Shown: positions 12,991-26,166, counted from the first letter of the stretch. The stretch is 64,000 bases of DNA from Eledone cirrhosa (GCA_964016885.1 OZ024743.1:184760001-184824000); one strand, 5' to 3'. Numbers and translations: made by a program. The notes: generated by a model from the sequence alone, not told the origin.

Positions 12991-15900
12991 ACCTGCCAAT
13001 CAAATGACCATTTATTTTTTATCACTGACCACAAATTTTGGAGAATAGGTGAGGTAATTTAATTGACCTTAATAGAAGACTGATATGATTTTATTGACAT
13101 TTTCTCTTTTCTACTAATGCTGTTAATCCAATAATAATTATAATAGGCACAGACACAGACATGTGCTTCAAAATGAAACGGTTTTAGGTTCCATCCTGAG
13201 GCAAGTGTCTTAATACATTTAGTTTGATATGCTATCATTTCTGTTAACTCCCCAATCTTCCAAAAACAATAATGATGGAGTAATAAGAAAACAAAATATA
13301 GGTTTATTTGAATAATTTAAAAAATTTAATATTTTTTTAACTTTAATTTCTTCTTGAACTGAAGATGAAAGCAAAATCTCATTAATATATTATACTTTAA
13401 TTATTTTTATTGAGGAGAGTAACATATGTAAGCTGTAGGACAAAAATGATTTTCCATTATAAAATGATGTTCAAAACAAAGTAAAGAAAATACAAATATT
13501 AAGTTAACATAATTAGCATTTAAATTAATAATTAGTGTTTAAAATAATAATTCAAGACAATAAGACAGAATACTGAAGAGCAGGACCGGCATATGAGTTT
13601 TTAACGCTCTAAGTTAGCTTTACAATATGCACCCTTTCTTCTAAATAAAATAATTTTAACTTACAATTTAGCAAGCCAACAAACCTAGTTTTTTTTACAC
13701 TTTTTGCTCTGACCACACTAAGAAAATCACTAAACCTGTATTTTCTACTACACAGTCCACACATACACACCAAATCATGTTACAGTTCATACCATCATAT
13801 GACACTCTCCATTACTTTGAATATTTCCACAATGCTGTTACATGGCAAAGATGTTTATCAAATAATTTATTGATCACAGGAAATTATTATATATGTATAA
13901 AACTGTGATCCTTTAATGTCCTGTAATACACTTCTTTAAAGGTCTGGACTCAATTATGTTGCCAAGTTGGCTTAATAGTAGAGACAGCCCTTCTCAAGAG
14001 TCAGAAGAGGAGCTTAAACTAGTAGTTTGGTATTCAAATTGCTACTGGTTTATATTAATGTTAGCAAGTTCTAGCCTTTTCAAAAATAGTATACTTTAAA
14101 AGTAGTACAGTATATACTCATGTATAAACAGCATCTCTATTTTAGATACAACATTTACCAGATATTTTGAATTGAAGGTTTTCTTAATCTAGTAGATATA
14201 AGTTACATACTAGCTTTTCATGTTATATTTTTGTAGAAAAAGATGTGACATATACATAAGTATATGCACTTCTAAAATCTCTACTTTGTTTACTGCAAAT
14301 GAATATATGTGAAAGAGAAGACAAAATACACAATACATATTTATTTTAATTAATATCAATTGAAGCATTATAAAAGAGAGATTTCTTTCATTGGCAAGGC
14401 CAGATAAGGATTTTGTAAGAAACATGTATATATAGTGAACTGCCAATACTGGTACACATTTTATTGAACTCAGATGGATGAAAGGCAAAGCTGATTCTGA
14501 TGGAAAGTGAGCTCGTAATGTAATGTGACAAAACTAAATATTGCAAAGCATTGAATTTAATGCTCTAGCACAGGGGCTGGGAACCTGCAACACTTGAGCG
14601 CTTAAGTCTATATTTTATTTTATCTGGACATTTCAGATAAGATTCAAAGCTCAACAATTAGTTAAAATCATGTTTTCTTGTATGTGTTTTGTTTATGCAG
14701 CTCCAATAATCTCAATTATTACGTTGCCTTTTTTAAAGTTAAAAATGGCTCTTCAAATTGAAAAGGTTCCCTACCCCTGTTCGAGTATTTTTCAGCCTAC
14801 TATTCATATCAATAATAATAATATCAGAATTTTAATTTTGGCGACATATATGATATAATAATAATTAATATATATATATATATACTAATAATTCAATATG
14901 TAAAAAGAATTAGTTTTAGAAAACGTAAAGATGTTCATCTTTATACACACACAAAAACAACATGTTATTTGTTTTTAATTGCAAAACATTGAAAGCATTT
15001 CTATGTAGTGTTAAGTGAGGTGTTTCAGGTATTATTTGAAAGTAAATGGGTTCTAATAATAGTGATGATGATGATCACTTCAACAGTAGAAGACCACATA
15101 TTTTAAGGGAAGGGTAAAGTTCATTCAATCTACCTAAGAACTTGACTAACACTTATTCCCAAACCCAATAGAATGACAGAAAAATCGTCTTTAGTGGAAT
15201 TTGAAAATACTGCAAAGCAATTTGTTAGGTGCTCTCCCAATTCTATCATTTCCTCTCTGTTCTAATTATACAAGTAATAATTTTGTTAAACACTTTATTT
15301 TATCTATGTTTCCTACATATAAGAGGCAACTAAAAGAGTTGGCATCAGGATGGTCTGAAAAATATTACCCCAAAAAGGGCTCCATGATGAGTATGAGGTT
15401 GTTGTTTTCTGCATGCATATAATCTTTGTCAACCTAACCATAATTTCTTTTCTCTATACTTCCATATGATAACATGTTAAGTGAGAAATATAAACAATAA
15501 ATCAAACTTAGTATAATATTCTGAGGGTTGAGAGGACTCTTTGATTGTGTCCAGGACATGACAACCTCTTTAGTGCTGGGCCCACTCTGTAAAGTGGTTG
15601 GTGTTAGGAAGGGTAACCAGCTATAGAAGCCATACGAAAACTGGAATATATGTAAGCTAATATTCCGCTGTGCTAAAAAAAATGTGTGGCTGTACAGTAT
15701 TAGTATTGGTGCCACATATATTAAAATGTTGCTGTTCAGTAACAATGAAATGTTGCCACAAGTAGCTTGAAATATTTCTTTATCAAAGCATCAAATATTT
15801 CACTCAGTTTGATTCATCTAGTGGGATGGAGGGCAGTGGCTCCGTTGATGGAATGTTGCCTTTGTTCCCTCTTGGCGGGGCAGTGACTCTTTAGATAAAG

Positions 15901-16339
15901 CGTTACCTTTGGCCCATCTAGGGGAGCAATGACTCTGTTTTAATACTGACTTGGTCTGTAACAACCTACCTAACACATGCCAGTATGGAAAAAACAGATG
16001 TATGGTGATGATGACGAAGCACCAACCCCAAAATAGACAAAATCTTCTAGTCATAGACCTGAAATAATAGCAATGACAATTTCTTTCTTAGATAATATTG
16101 CCAAATTTTTATTGAGTTGTTACATATAGGCCAGTCAAATCTATTTTAGTATACTATTGGTTCTTATATTATCCACACCCCACCTGCCCTGCCCATAGAG
16201 AGATAAAAGGAAAGGAGAAGTCTAGAGGGATTTGATTCTAGGGATTGAAAAGAATGACACTAATTAGTATTTTGCATTTAATCTGATGCACTACTGTCTC
16301 AGCTATCTCCACTGCATTTTCACATAATAATTAAGTAGT

Positions 16340-16517
16340 AGTTGTAGTTTCTCATTTTGGCAAAAGGCCAGCAATTTTGACTAGTATGTATTTTATCAAC
16401 TCCGAAAGGATGAAAGGTTGACGATAGCAGCTTTTGAGATCAGAATGTAGATGGTCGTAACAAAATACTGCAATATATTTCATCTGATACACTAACAATT
16501 CTGCTCACCCACTTCCC
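16340..16517 (-). mobile_element. Degenerate SINE family A
   Basis: ggcaaaaggccagcaattttg...ccgaaaggatgaaagg...ctaacaattctgc. Confidence 0.6.
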
Positions 16518-18388
16518 TAATAATGATAATGTCTTCTTTATTAACCACAAAGGGTTTACAAAATAATACATTAAGGACAGCAACGGACAGAACAATGCGT
16601 GTTTCTGTGTGTAAAAACAGACATAAAACAAAAACAAAGAAAGTAAGAAAAAAAAAATAGAACAAAAGAAAATTCTCCCATAGAGGAGACACTTCCAAGG
16701 GTTGGTCATAGAGAAAGCCCACAAAAGCCAGAGCAAGTACCCTCTCCCAGGCATCGCCCTTCAATCTATAGGCACATGCTCAGAGCAAGCCCATTCACTT
16801 GGGCCATTCTTGCCTCTTTCACCCACCTTTCAACAAAATGGCTGGAAGGCAGTACTTCTCTCTCCACTCTGATCTTCTTCTGTTGATAATTGGATCCATC
16901 CTACACTTGACAGCAGGTGTTCAACATAAACCCACAAGTCAGCAATGCTCAGGCACTGGACAAGTGCATGCATGAAAGTTTCTTCACCCTGCATACATCT
17001 TGGATTGGCCCGGCTGACGGCACTTCTATGCCTATAGAGTTTATCCCGAACTGGCAATGCTCCCTGGTAGCAGTGCCAGACCAGGATTTCTGGAAGTTAT
17101 CCATGGGCTCTGAACCAAATGTCCTGCGGAAGAGAATGGCGGAAGAAATGCCCAGAGTTTCTCCAAGAACATAGTCACTTTTACCTATCACTAACCCTCT
17201 ATAGAATGCTATGGTGAAGTTTCCACCGATCGTAGTGCCTGATGGGTTGATGGCTGTGAGTGCTTGAAGACATTCTAACCTCCAAGCATTCCACCTTGAT
17301 CTCCACATGACCCAGGACTGCAGCTTCGTCAAAGAAATGAGCTGGGGAAAAACGTGCCTAGTGAATGGTGACCACATCTGTTCACTGTTCAGGAAAAGCT
17401 TGAGATGTCATAGCCTCAGTGCATGTCTGTGCATCATCAGCCACGGCATGCCCAATCCTCAACGCAGCGGATATTGACAGCAGATGAACCGCCTCACCAG
17501 TGAAACATGTCCTTTCCACAAGAAGTTGAAGAGCAGATGCTCCAATTTGTTGAGGTGCAGACCGGGCAAGACAAGGCGGTTATGCGGTAATAGATGATGG
17601 ACATGATATATGCATTCGCCACCTCCGCCCAACCTTTCATTGATAGCTTTCAGGGTGAGAGTGACCATCCTGCTTGTCACTTCATCCCAGTTTTTGTCTG
17701 TCTGGAGGTTCGGACCAAACCAGGCTCTGAGCAATTTAACTGGTCCACCCATCCAGCACCTAACAACACTGTTGGATGAAATGGACCAGGTGCCGAGTCT
17801 CAGGTCCACCAATTTTTTCCTGGTTAATCTTTGCTCCTGTCACTGCCTCATATTCTGTCAGACGTCATTGGCATAAGCTGACATGGATCTCCTGCATCAT
17901 AGTTTACATGGGATGCCCCTCAACGTCTCCAGTTTGTGCAGCAATGGCTCTAGAATCAATACACACAACAAGGATGAGAAGAGACAAACTTGGCGAACTG
18001 AGCACATGATGTTGAACAATCCCAAAAGTGACCGTTCACTAGAGAAGATGTCACTGTGCATTGCAGTGATCCACCCTCAAAAAATGGGTCCAAAGTCAGC
18101 TGCCCTGAGGACCACCGCCAGGTATCGATGGTCAACCCTATCGAATGCTTTTGATTGATCTAAGTTGATCAGTGCCCCACCCATGCCAGATTCCTTAGCT
18201 ATACTTTTCATGATGTATCGCAAGAGGTGGTGGTTGTCATAGATGGATCTGTCTGGAATGGCACATGTCTGCACCTCTCCCACAAGTTTCCCAACAACAA
18301 GCGCCAAACTCGTCGCTAACACCTTGGTCAAAATTTAGAATTTTGCATTTAGCAGAGTTATGGGCCTGAAATTATCTATGTAGTCCCC
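16518..18388 (-). mobile_element. L1/Tx1-clade LINE, degenerate and 5'-truncated
   Basis: DNFRPITLLN, QTCAIPDRSIYDN, ALINLDQSKAFDRVDHRYL, WFGP and FLWKG. Minus-strand AATAAA followed by an (ATT)n tail at ~16520-16545; T-rich 3'UTR. Confidence 0.85.
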
Positions 18389-18672
18389 CAATAATAATAA
18401 TAATGATTTGAATGGAGCAGAGATACAATCAACTGAACAGTTCTGGTATACTACTAATTTTTTATAATAATGTTTTTTATTCATAATAACAATAACGTTT
18501 TTTTTTAGTAATAATAATTCCACAAACTTTACCAAATTCATAGAAAAGTTGATGAACATAGATTTCATAGAATGTGAATAAAAAGGTATTTTAAGCTAGC
18601 AGAAATAGCTGTACTGTAGACATTTTGTTTTTGAAAGGAAATATTTTATGTGCAATGAACGTATTTTTGTAA

Positions 18673-18705
<33 letters not shown>

Positions 18706-18788
18706 TTTTAACGACTAGCTGTTAATTTATAAAATAAATGCACTACAGAGCATGACATGCAAGATCAACACAGTGCCGTAGTACTCAC

Positions 18789-18812
18789 AAATCACTTGAA
18801 GAAGCACCCGCC
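18789..18812 (-). CDS. TPD52: Candidate 24-nt microexon of the TPD52-family gene (AGASSSD), phase 2-2
   Basis: ctaatccattttaattcag|GGCGGGTGCTTCTTCAAGTGATTT|gtgagt; frame-preserving; paralogous to the 26143-26166 microexon. Confidence 0.65.
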
Positions 18813-19048
18813 CTGAATTAAAATGGATTAGGATAGCGAATAAAACAAACCATGAGAGAAAATGATAATCAGACAAAACACAAGTGCACACATATACTTT
18901 TACTTTTTATCACCATAATACTGAGCATGTGTTAAATGTATTTTAACACACTACACACACACACACACACACAGAGAGAAGGTAGGTGGGTCATAACTAG
19001 CTTACAGTTAAGAATTGGAAAGAAAAAAAAGAAACTATACAAACTTAC

Positions 19049-19057
19049 ATGAACTGC
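19049..19057 (-). CDS. TPD52: Candidate 9-nt microexon of the TPD52-family gene (QF), phase 2-2
   Basis: ctattacatag|GCAGTTCAT|gtaagt; consensus donor, frame-preserving, weak polypyrimidine tract. Confidence 0.4.
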
Positions 19058-20538
19058 CTATGTAATAGTTTTGAAATAAAGTTTAATATCCATATGGATT
19101 CATTTTTATTCACATTTCTTAACAGTAAGATAATTATGGCCCACCTTGTATGTTTGGACACACACACATTTGCTCAATATCAAAGAAGAGTATAATATAT
19201 ATTTATAATATAATGGAGAATTCTTTCTGTTACTACTCTGAATGTCTTGACAACTTGCTGGTCATACAAAGAATTGCGTGATCAGCAAGCAATCTTGAAA
19301 CGCAGAGTAGCAACAATAATATAATATAATATATATATATATATATATATAAATACACACACACACACACTGCTGAAAAAAATGATATTGGTTGAGTTGT
19401 ATATATAATTAATATGATATAGTTGCAGTAGCAATTACTGAGATAAATGAAAAGAAAACTTGTCAAACTAGAAGATAATAGAAAACCAGTAATCATCTGA
19501 AAGGCATATGAAACACTTTACAAACAGAATATTAAGGAAAATGGCGAAAGAAGACAGAGAGAGAAATGCTATCTGAATGAAAAAAGTGTCATTGAATAGA
19601 TTCAAGAGTCAGAATATAACAGAGGGAAAATTAGTTCATTAAATGCTTAGGCTATATTTATGTCATTCATATAAGAAAAAAAATCATATGATTCTATAAA
19701 CCTTCATTTTGATAAGCCTGTATAAGCCTATGTGTAGGTGAGTGTCTGTGAATAAACATTGTTTTCTCCTTAGTTTCTTAGTCTGAGGAAGAAGAGAAAA
19801 AGAAATTCTATTCAAAGCCTATTTATTTATTTATTTATTTATATTTTGGTTCCTTTATACAGGAGAACTTTCCTTATGTATTCGGTTTAGATGACAAAGT
19901 GTTGGCACCAGGTAGGGCATCACCTGTAAAGAATACTCATCCCATGATGAGTATTAAGCCTATCATGAACTCTGCATGGCTAGTCCCTGCTTATCACAGA
20001 AAATGGCTTTAAAACATTTGTTGTATATAGAAGAATACAAATATTGTTTGTGAAGGTGCATGGCTTAGTAGCTATGGTGTTAGGCTTGTGATCATAAATT
20101 TGTGGGTCCAATTCCTTGACTGGACTGCATTGTAGCCTTGAGCAAAGTACTTTATTTCACATTGCTCTATTTCACTCAGCTGAAAATGAATACCAGCAGT
20201 GGCATCTTTTCTAAACTGAGATTATTAAAATGAACAAGAAAAACAGGTAGCAATTATATAAAGGTTTTCAATTTTATTAACCTTTAATGTCCTGTACCAC
20301 ACAACACTGCATTTGCAAGATCTTTTTAAAAAGTACAAAACAGCACTATAACCCCATCAAATTGAATTTTTAAAAAATCCTAATATTGCCACTTTTCCCA
20401 ACAATTTGTCCAGTAGTAAAGACACTTAACATAAGAATTGACAAAACTGTTTTGAGATATTTTTTGTTAAAGTATTATAGGATGAATTGAGTTAAATCAA
20501 TGAATGGGGCAATATTGACTTCTTACTCAGACAATGGG

Positions 20539-20573
<35 letters not shown>

Positions 20574-21393
20574 GTTGAAATAATACATTACTAATACCTT
20601 TACAAAAGGTAATTGAAGTAATATAGATACAACTGGTAAATGAAAATGGGTCAGTTTGCTAAGTCCATGCTTTTACTTTATGGTACCAGTAATATTGATT
20701 TATATACAAACTGAATAATAAGTATCACCGTTAGGAGGATCAAAGTTAATTAATAATTAGTATTATAAATTGACTATGAAAGAAGATTTTAAGGTATTGT
20801 CCTGTAAAAAAACACATTAAATCTTGGAAGGAAGAAAAGCTTTCTAAAAGGTAAGAGTGCAAGCTGACAAAGTACAGACTGCTCTCCTCTAGATCTATCA
20901 TTCAACCCATAGTAGTGGAAACATCTGGTACTCTATACAGGGCTGTCTAAACACCATTATAGTCCCCAGGGCAAACAAATGCATTGGGACCCCTACATAC
21001 TCAATCACAGCATACATGTATTAGCACTGGGCCTCTGGGGAACTGCCTAATGTGACCGTGCCTTAAAACAACACCAATCCTGACCCCACCTTCACCCCAC
21101 CCTATTTACTGCAAGAACGAGCTCTGCAAGGTGAACTGGTTTTTTCAACACATCTCATTTGCCACCCTCCAGGATAATGCATTCACCTAGACTATGAAAC
21201 AACAACAAACTTATGTGATGTTGATTATGTCAGTATTAATGAAAAGTGTATATAACAGTTTTTATGGGTATGATAATTATGGCTCAGTATCTTTTATGAT
21301 ACCTGTTGGTAGATATAGACAAAACAACTAAAGTATTGAGGTAAATAAGGTATGTTGAAAAAATGAAATAGACAATCTTTTAACAATGCAGAA

Positions 21394-21639
21394 TTAACCC
21401 TTTTGATACGAAACTGCTGGAAACTGCTTCTGATTCTATGATACAAAACTATTTGTTTTAAAATGTCTATACCTATCTAAAAAGCTTACATTGCAATTTT
21501 ATATAAGAACCTTTGTTAAGTTATGTGCCCAAAACAGGCTTAATAATGAGAAAGTCAGTTATATTCTTGACCATTTTCAAAATGATTTGAAGATCAAAGG
21601 CAGTGCCTTTCAGAAGAAATATGGTAACAAAAGGGTTAA
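21394..21639. mobile_element. piggyBac-type MITE (TTAA TSD, CCCTTTTG...CAAAAGGG termini)
   Basis: TTAA-CCCTTTTG ... CAAAAGGG-TTAA. Related copies at ~4.1-4.75, 7.4-7.9, 30.0-30.24, 31.6-32.0, 52.5, 53.45-53.82, 56.55, 58.15-58.39 and 62.6-62.89 kb. Confidence 0.75.
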
Positions 21640-22918
21640 ATTGATATGAATGTAATATATCAAAGCAAATGAATATACAATAAGCATGTATTATTCATAC
21701 AAAATTACTAACAATGTGTTTAATGACAGTAAAAAGAACAAAAAGAACAGAGATACTATTCAGAACTAGTATAAAATGAATTGTATCAAATTATACATAC
21801 AAATGATTCACTTGGGATATCAATAATGACAACAATAAGAGCACATGATATATAATATTAGTTAAAATATCACAAGTATACAATAAACATCAAGTGTAGT
21901 TAGACACAGAATGTACAGACAACAATTATGTGTGTGTGTTTGTGCATCTGTGAATATATTGTCTGAGTAAGTCTCAAGTGCCAGGTTGCTGTCTAACATG
22001 TAATATCTCACTTTATGGACAAATACATACACTTTAGACTTTTTGGCTCTTTTCTGTAGATAACACTTACTGGAAAAGCCTGAGGTCTGTTGTTTTTTTG
22101 AGTTTATGGCATACTTGGGACCAACTTGGCATTATCAGCAAGACCAAAAAAGTGTGGTTGGTTTACCACCAAACTTCACCATGATAATCAAATAAATCAT
22201 TGGTGTAGATTATTCAATGGTTCAGTTTGAACTTTGGATCATTGACAGAGCTGCTGGATAAGTATATATCAAAATTGTCGATACAGTCCAGAACACTCAA
22301 GCCTAACGGGGGACAAGATAAGTTCTCAAAAGTTGCTACCATGATAATGCCTGCAGTATGCTGTAAAGTAGTTGGTGATCAGAGAGAATACAGGGTAGAA
22401 GGACTCTTCAGTTTTATTGAAGTCACGATAGTCTCTCTAATGCTCGTAACATGATAAAATGCACCCAATATATTCTGTAAAGTGGTTGGTGTTAGGAAAT
22501 ATTCTTTTTCTAGTTTTAGTTATTGGACAGCAGCCATGTTGGGAATATTTGTTGATTATACTAACCCCAGTATTTTGTCAGGTATGTATTTTATCTTATA
22601 AAAGAAATAAAATTTAGTCAGCTAGGTATAACAGATCCAAGTAAGACCCAAATTCCACAAAGTGTGCCTGTTCAATGCACTAAATCTTCCATCAGATATC
22701 TATACACACACATACATATAGTCATGTGACGGGCTGCTTCATAGTTTCCACCCCAAAAATTTCCCTCACAAAGCTTTGGTTGGTGCAATTTAAAGTGGAA
22801 GCACATGATTGCAAAGTGAATCCCTTAACCACATGATCATGCCAGTGTCCTATATATATATATATATATATATAATATACTTTGTTTTTGAATTGGCAGC
22901 ATGACCCTCCCAAAGAAT

Positions 22919-22958
<40 letters not shown>

Positions 22959-23055
22959 ATAATAATAAAATTGAAGACTAAAATCCAAAGAGGGCTCGAT
23001 AAGGATAAATATATATCAAATATATAAGAACCGTAGAGCAAATATTTATTAAATA

Positions 23056-23131
23056 ACAGATTAAAGTTTAAGCAAAGAATCGCTGCTTTCACCCTTAACG
23101 GGATCTTCTGAAACTAACAAAGTCAATCTGT
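23056..23131 (-). ncRNA. Variant type-I hammerhead ribozyme motif in the PLE pseudo-LTR
   Basis: Reverse complement of 25112-25187. Confidence 0.55.
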
Positions 23132-25111
23132 AAACGCAGAACTGGATATTTCAAAAACGTTGCAACCGGAGGAAGACAGGAAGACGATACTTTGGTTCGT
23201 GGAAACGTTCGCTGGCAAAGAACGGGAAAAAACGAATAATACGTCATTAATAGGAGCGGTGAAAAACAATTACGCGCAAAGACAGAACCCCGTTTATGAT
23301 ATAAAAGAGGTCGTAGACTAATGTTCTCTTAGGTGGTGCATAGAGACGTTCTCTGGCAATGAACGAAAAAACGAAGATAATAAGTCATATGTGGAGCGTG
23401 GAGAACAATAGCACGCAAAAACAAAACCACGTAAATGGTATAGCAGAAGTCGTAGACTAAAATTCTAACTAGGAGACCAAATGAATCTCCGCTACAGAGT
23501 TAAGAACAAAGTAAATAAATACAATACAGAAGTAATAGAAATAAATAAATACGTACACGCAAACAAATACGTACATACACAAGCATACGCAAAACCTTAC
23601 CATAGGTATACAAAACCACGCACATATAAATATGTGTGTGTGTGTGTGTGTATGCTTGTGTACAAATAAATAAATAATTATATAAACGTATATAAGTAAA
23701 TAAATACGTATATAACAAGCGCACACACATACCAACATATAAATACACGAATGTTCGGAGACGTAAGTCAACTAAAACAAGAAGTACACATATACACACA
23801 CCCACCATACGTACGAACCTGCATACTCAGGCAGACGCAAAACTCCCGTATACACATAGCCAAACCCTAAATACCAGAATATATAAAAAATTATACGCCA
23901 TAACAATCAAATATACATACCTTCACAAAACATACGGGTAATATATACTTACCTATGCAAATAAGTAAAGGAATAAACAAAACATATACTTAGCTCCCAC
24001 ATCAAGACGTAAAATATCCACGTATAGATCGTACTATCCGTTAGGGTATAACGTTGGGCTGTAATACAGGAAAGTTTTGTGCAATTTATGTTTACAAGCC
24101 GAAATTGCCTCAGATTTTTTTTTAAGATGTGGTCTGTGGCGTAGAGTATTTCCAGGGCCTCAGCGGCGCAGAGGTCACATGGTCTTTTATTTCCATTATA
24201 CGATCTAGCCCTAGCTAGGATCTCCCAGTGTAACTTATATTGGGTGTGGTTGTCTTTTAGACTCCAGATATAAGCTGAAAGTGACGTCATATTCCTTCTT
24301 AGAGGGTAACGAAAAGAATGGGTATGCATGTAAAGACGCTGCTTGAAACTATTGGCGGTTAACCCTATGTAGGCCCTAGGGTTTGGCTATGTGTATACGG
24401 GAGTTTTGCGTCTGCCTGAGTATGCAGGTTCGTACGTATGGTGGGTGTGTGTATATGTGTACTTCTTGTTTTAGTTGACTTACGTCTCCGAACATTCGTG
24501 TATTTATATGTTGGTATGTGTGTGCGCTTGTTATATACGTATTTATTTACTTATATACGTTTATATAATTATTTATTTATTTGTACACAAGCATACACAC
24601 ACACACACATATTTATATGTGCGTGGTTTTGTATACCTATGGTAAGGTTTTGCGTATGCTTGTGTATGTACGTATTTGTTTGCGTGTACGTATTTATTTA
24701 TTTCTATTACTTCTGTATTGTATTTATTTACTTTGTTCTTAACTCTGTAGCGGAGATTCATTTGGTCTCCTAGTTAGAATTTTAATCTACGACTTCTGCT
24801 ATACCATTTACGTGGTTTTGTTTTTGCGTGCTATTGTTCTCTACGCTCCACATATGACGTATTATCTTCGTTTTTTCGTTCATTGCCAGAGAACGTCTCT
24901 ATGCACCACCTAAGAGAACATTAGTCTATGACCTCTTTTATACCATAAACGGGGTTCTGTCTTTGCGCGTAATTGTTTTTCACCGCTCCTATTAATGACG
25001 TATTATTCGTTTTTTCCCGTTCTTTGCCAGCGAACGTTTCCACGAACCAAAGTATCGTCTTCCTGTCTTCCTCCGGTTGCAACGTTTTTTGAAATATCCA
25101 GTTCTGCGTTT

Positions 25112-25187
25112 ACAGATTGACTTTGTTAGTTTCAGAAGATCCCGTTAAGGGTGAAAGCAGCGATTCTTTGCTTAAACTTTAATCTGT
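25112..25187 (+). ncRNA. Variant type-I hammerhead ribozyme motif in the PLE pseudo-LTR
   Basis: Stem I acagattga..agttt / aaact..ttaatctgt; core CAGAAGA (instead of CUGANGA); stem II ccc-gttaa-ggg; GAAA; stem III agcag/ttgct; putative cleavage triplet CUU; AATAAA just downstream. Confidence 0.55.
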
Positions 25188-25193
25188 TATTTA

Positions 25194-25244
<51 letters not shown>

Positions 25245-26142
25245 TAATATTACTCTTAATGGTTACCTTTCTGCAAAAGAGAACTCAAAACATAAGTAGA
25301 GTGTATAGTTTTATTGAAGGTATAGAAGGTACTATATCTCACAGATACTGAACAGTTTTAACTCAATGAAGTTTCACTTCCTGAAGACGGTGAGATAGAT
25401 CAAGGATTTTGAGACCATAAATAGGTAGTGACAGAACCACTATATGCTAGTCAATCTATTGATTTTCCATGATCAATCAACCCTCTGAAACAATCATAAA
25501 ACAATGAGCTAATTAAAAACCTATCTTCGACTTTTGTTTTATTTTCATTGTTCAATACACACACATACATATATATATAAATGACTCTGTAGCTTGAGTA
25601 AAATCTTCAAGAGAACCTTATGTGATGACAACCTACTACAAAAATCATGAATAAGTTTTTGTGTTCATAGTAGAACATCTTTTGAAGAAAACAAATCCTT
25701 CTTAAAAATCAAGGCTGCATCCCAGAGAAGGTTTCTTGGTTGTTTTATTGGTAGGGCCACAGTCCTATCATGAAAAGCAACATAAAATGAAGTATCTTGC
25801 TCAAGAACAAAACAGGCCACCCAGAATTGAACCTACATTCTTATGATTGTGTGTCTGACATTAACTACTAGATGCTTACACTCATATATATATATACGTA
25901 TACATATATGACTGGAAATTGTCTAATTGAGTTTGATAGTCATCAACTAACAGCTGGCTTTTTTCTATCAATGAACAATGATGTTAGACAAGAACATGTG
26001 CCAAACTGATTTGGTTTGTAAAGAAAGAGCTGACACCAGAATAGTTTAAACCAATTTAAGAACACAAGACAAAGGCACACTAACACAAATCAAATAACTT
26101 AGATTAAGACAACACAGTTACTGACAAGTGCGAGATACTTAC

Positions 26143-26166
26143 AAGATTGAAGAAGCACCACCTCCC
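26143..26166 (-). CDS. TPD52: Candidate 24-nt microexon of the TPD52-family gene (GGGASSI), phase 2-2
   Basis: ttcttactttcttgatctcatacag|GGGAGGTGGTGCTTCTTCAATCTT|gtaagt; strong splice sites and frame-preserving. Confidence 0.7.

Larger units (their letters stand above)
22957..25200 (-). mobile_element. Penelope-like element (PLE), 5'-truncated, GIY-YIG remnant between inverted pseudo-LTRs
   Basis: Arms ~23043-23869 and 24377-25200 are near-perfect reverse complements. The spacer encodes AYIGLTANSFKQRLYMHTHSFR...TSLSAYIWSLK...CDLCAAE (GIY-YIG C-terminal half). Both flanks are (TA)n. Confidence 0.88.

Noticed and set aside
13665-13684. Possible microexon with gtaagt donor
   Set aside because: 20 nt (frameshifting) and the acceptor is preceded by poly-A rather than pyrimidines.
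19233-19296. Possible extra or terminal exon (LLADHAIL...)
   Set aside because: AAG acceptor; 26 nt to the nearest donor (frameshift) or runs into a stop; no homology.
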